From: a virus
Lineage: Duplodnaviria > Caudoviricetes
Virus record (IMG/VR): IMGVR_UViG_3300021425_002620
DNA: 64,000 bases
Reading direction: 5' to 3' (one strand)
How positions within the stretch are numbered: position 1 is the stretch's first letter; each line of letters opens with the position of its first letter. The translations under genes and the position numbers were made by a program. The notes under the pieces were generated by a model. That model was not told the DNA's origin and ran no database searches. It saw only the letters and a program-made list of their open reading frames with translations. This document shows positions 63,999 through 64,000 of the stretch, piece after piece.

Positions 63999-64000
63999 TG

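Noticed and set aside
1-64000. tRNA, rRNA, CRISPR array, IS or integrase
   Set aside because: No intergenic gap holds a cloverleaf or TpsiC motif or a repeat-spacer array that I could see; no transposase or recombinase motifs. A tRNAscan/Infernal run would confirm.
1-64000. Stop-codon reassignment
   Set aside because: Long conserved genes are intact in the standard code, and TAA, TGA and TAG all end genes at coupled junctions.

Overview
A 64 kb, AT-rich, gene-dense segment of a large T4-like (myovirus-type) phage genome. The host is probably a Gram-negative aquatic bacterium (spanin pair, FdxA-type ferredoxin). Nearly all genes are on the minus strand; both window edges cut through genes. 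Left to right: (1) a vWA-peptidase/MoxR pair and RNase H; (2) an ~11 kb block inside the replication module encoding a 7-deazaguanine pathway (QueE, FolE, a DpdL-like T-fold protein, a DpdA-like transglycosylase), interleaved with a GT-B glycosyltransferase, cupins, a PRTase, a HIT hydrolase, an unannotated CDGSH-like microprotein and a nucleotide-sugar trio; (3) sliding clamp and family B DNA polymerase; (4) a late operon of proteins with capsid-targeting-like N-termini, including ParB-like, HIGH-nucleotidyltransferase and ligase-like enzymes; (5) ClpA, DnaJ and a lysis cassette with an EF-hand holin candidate; (6) nucleotide-metabolism genes, clamp loader, GroES and a truncated DnaE-like protein; (7) baseplate/tail genes with PA14, LRR, lectin-like and KCxRD repeat modules. 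Host-type sigma70 promoters (TTGACA-16/17-TATAAT-like) and T4-type late promoters (ATAAATA) are visible. The best candidate for an undescribed system is a sugar-decorated 7-deazaguanine DNA modification; second is a head-packaged, injected enzyme cargo. All calls come from motif reading by eye; no database searches were run.
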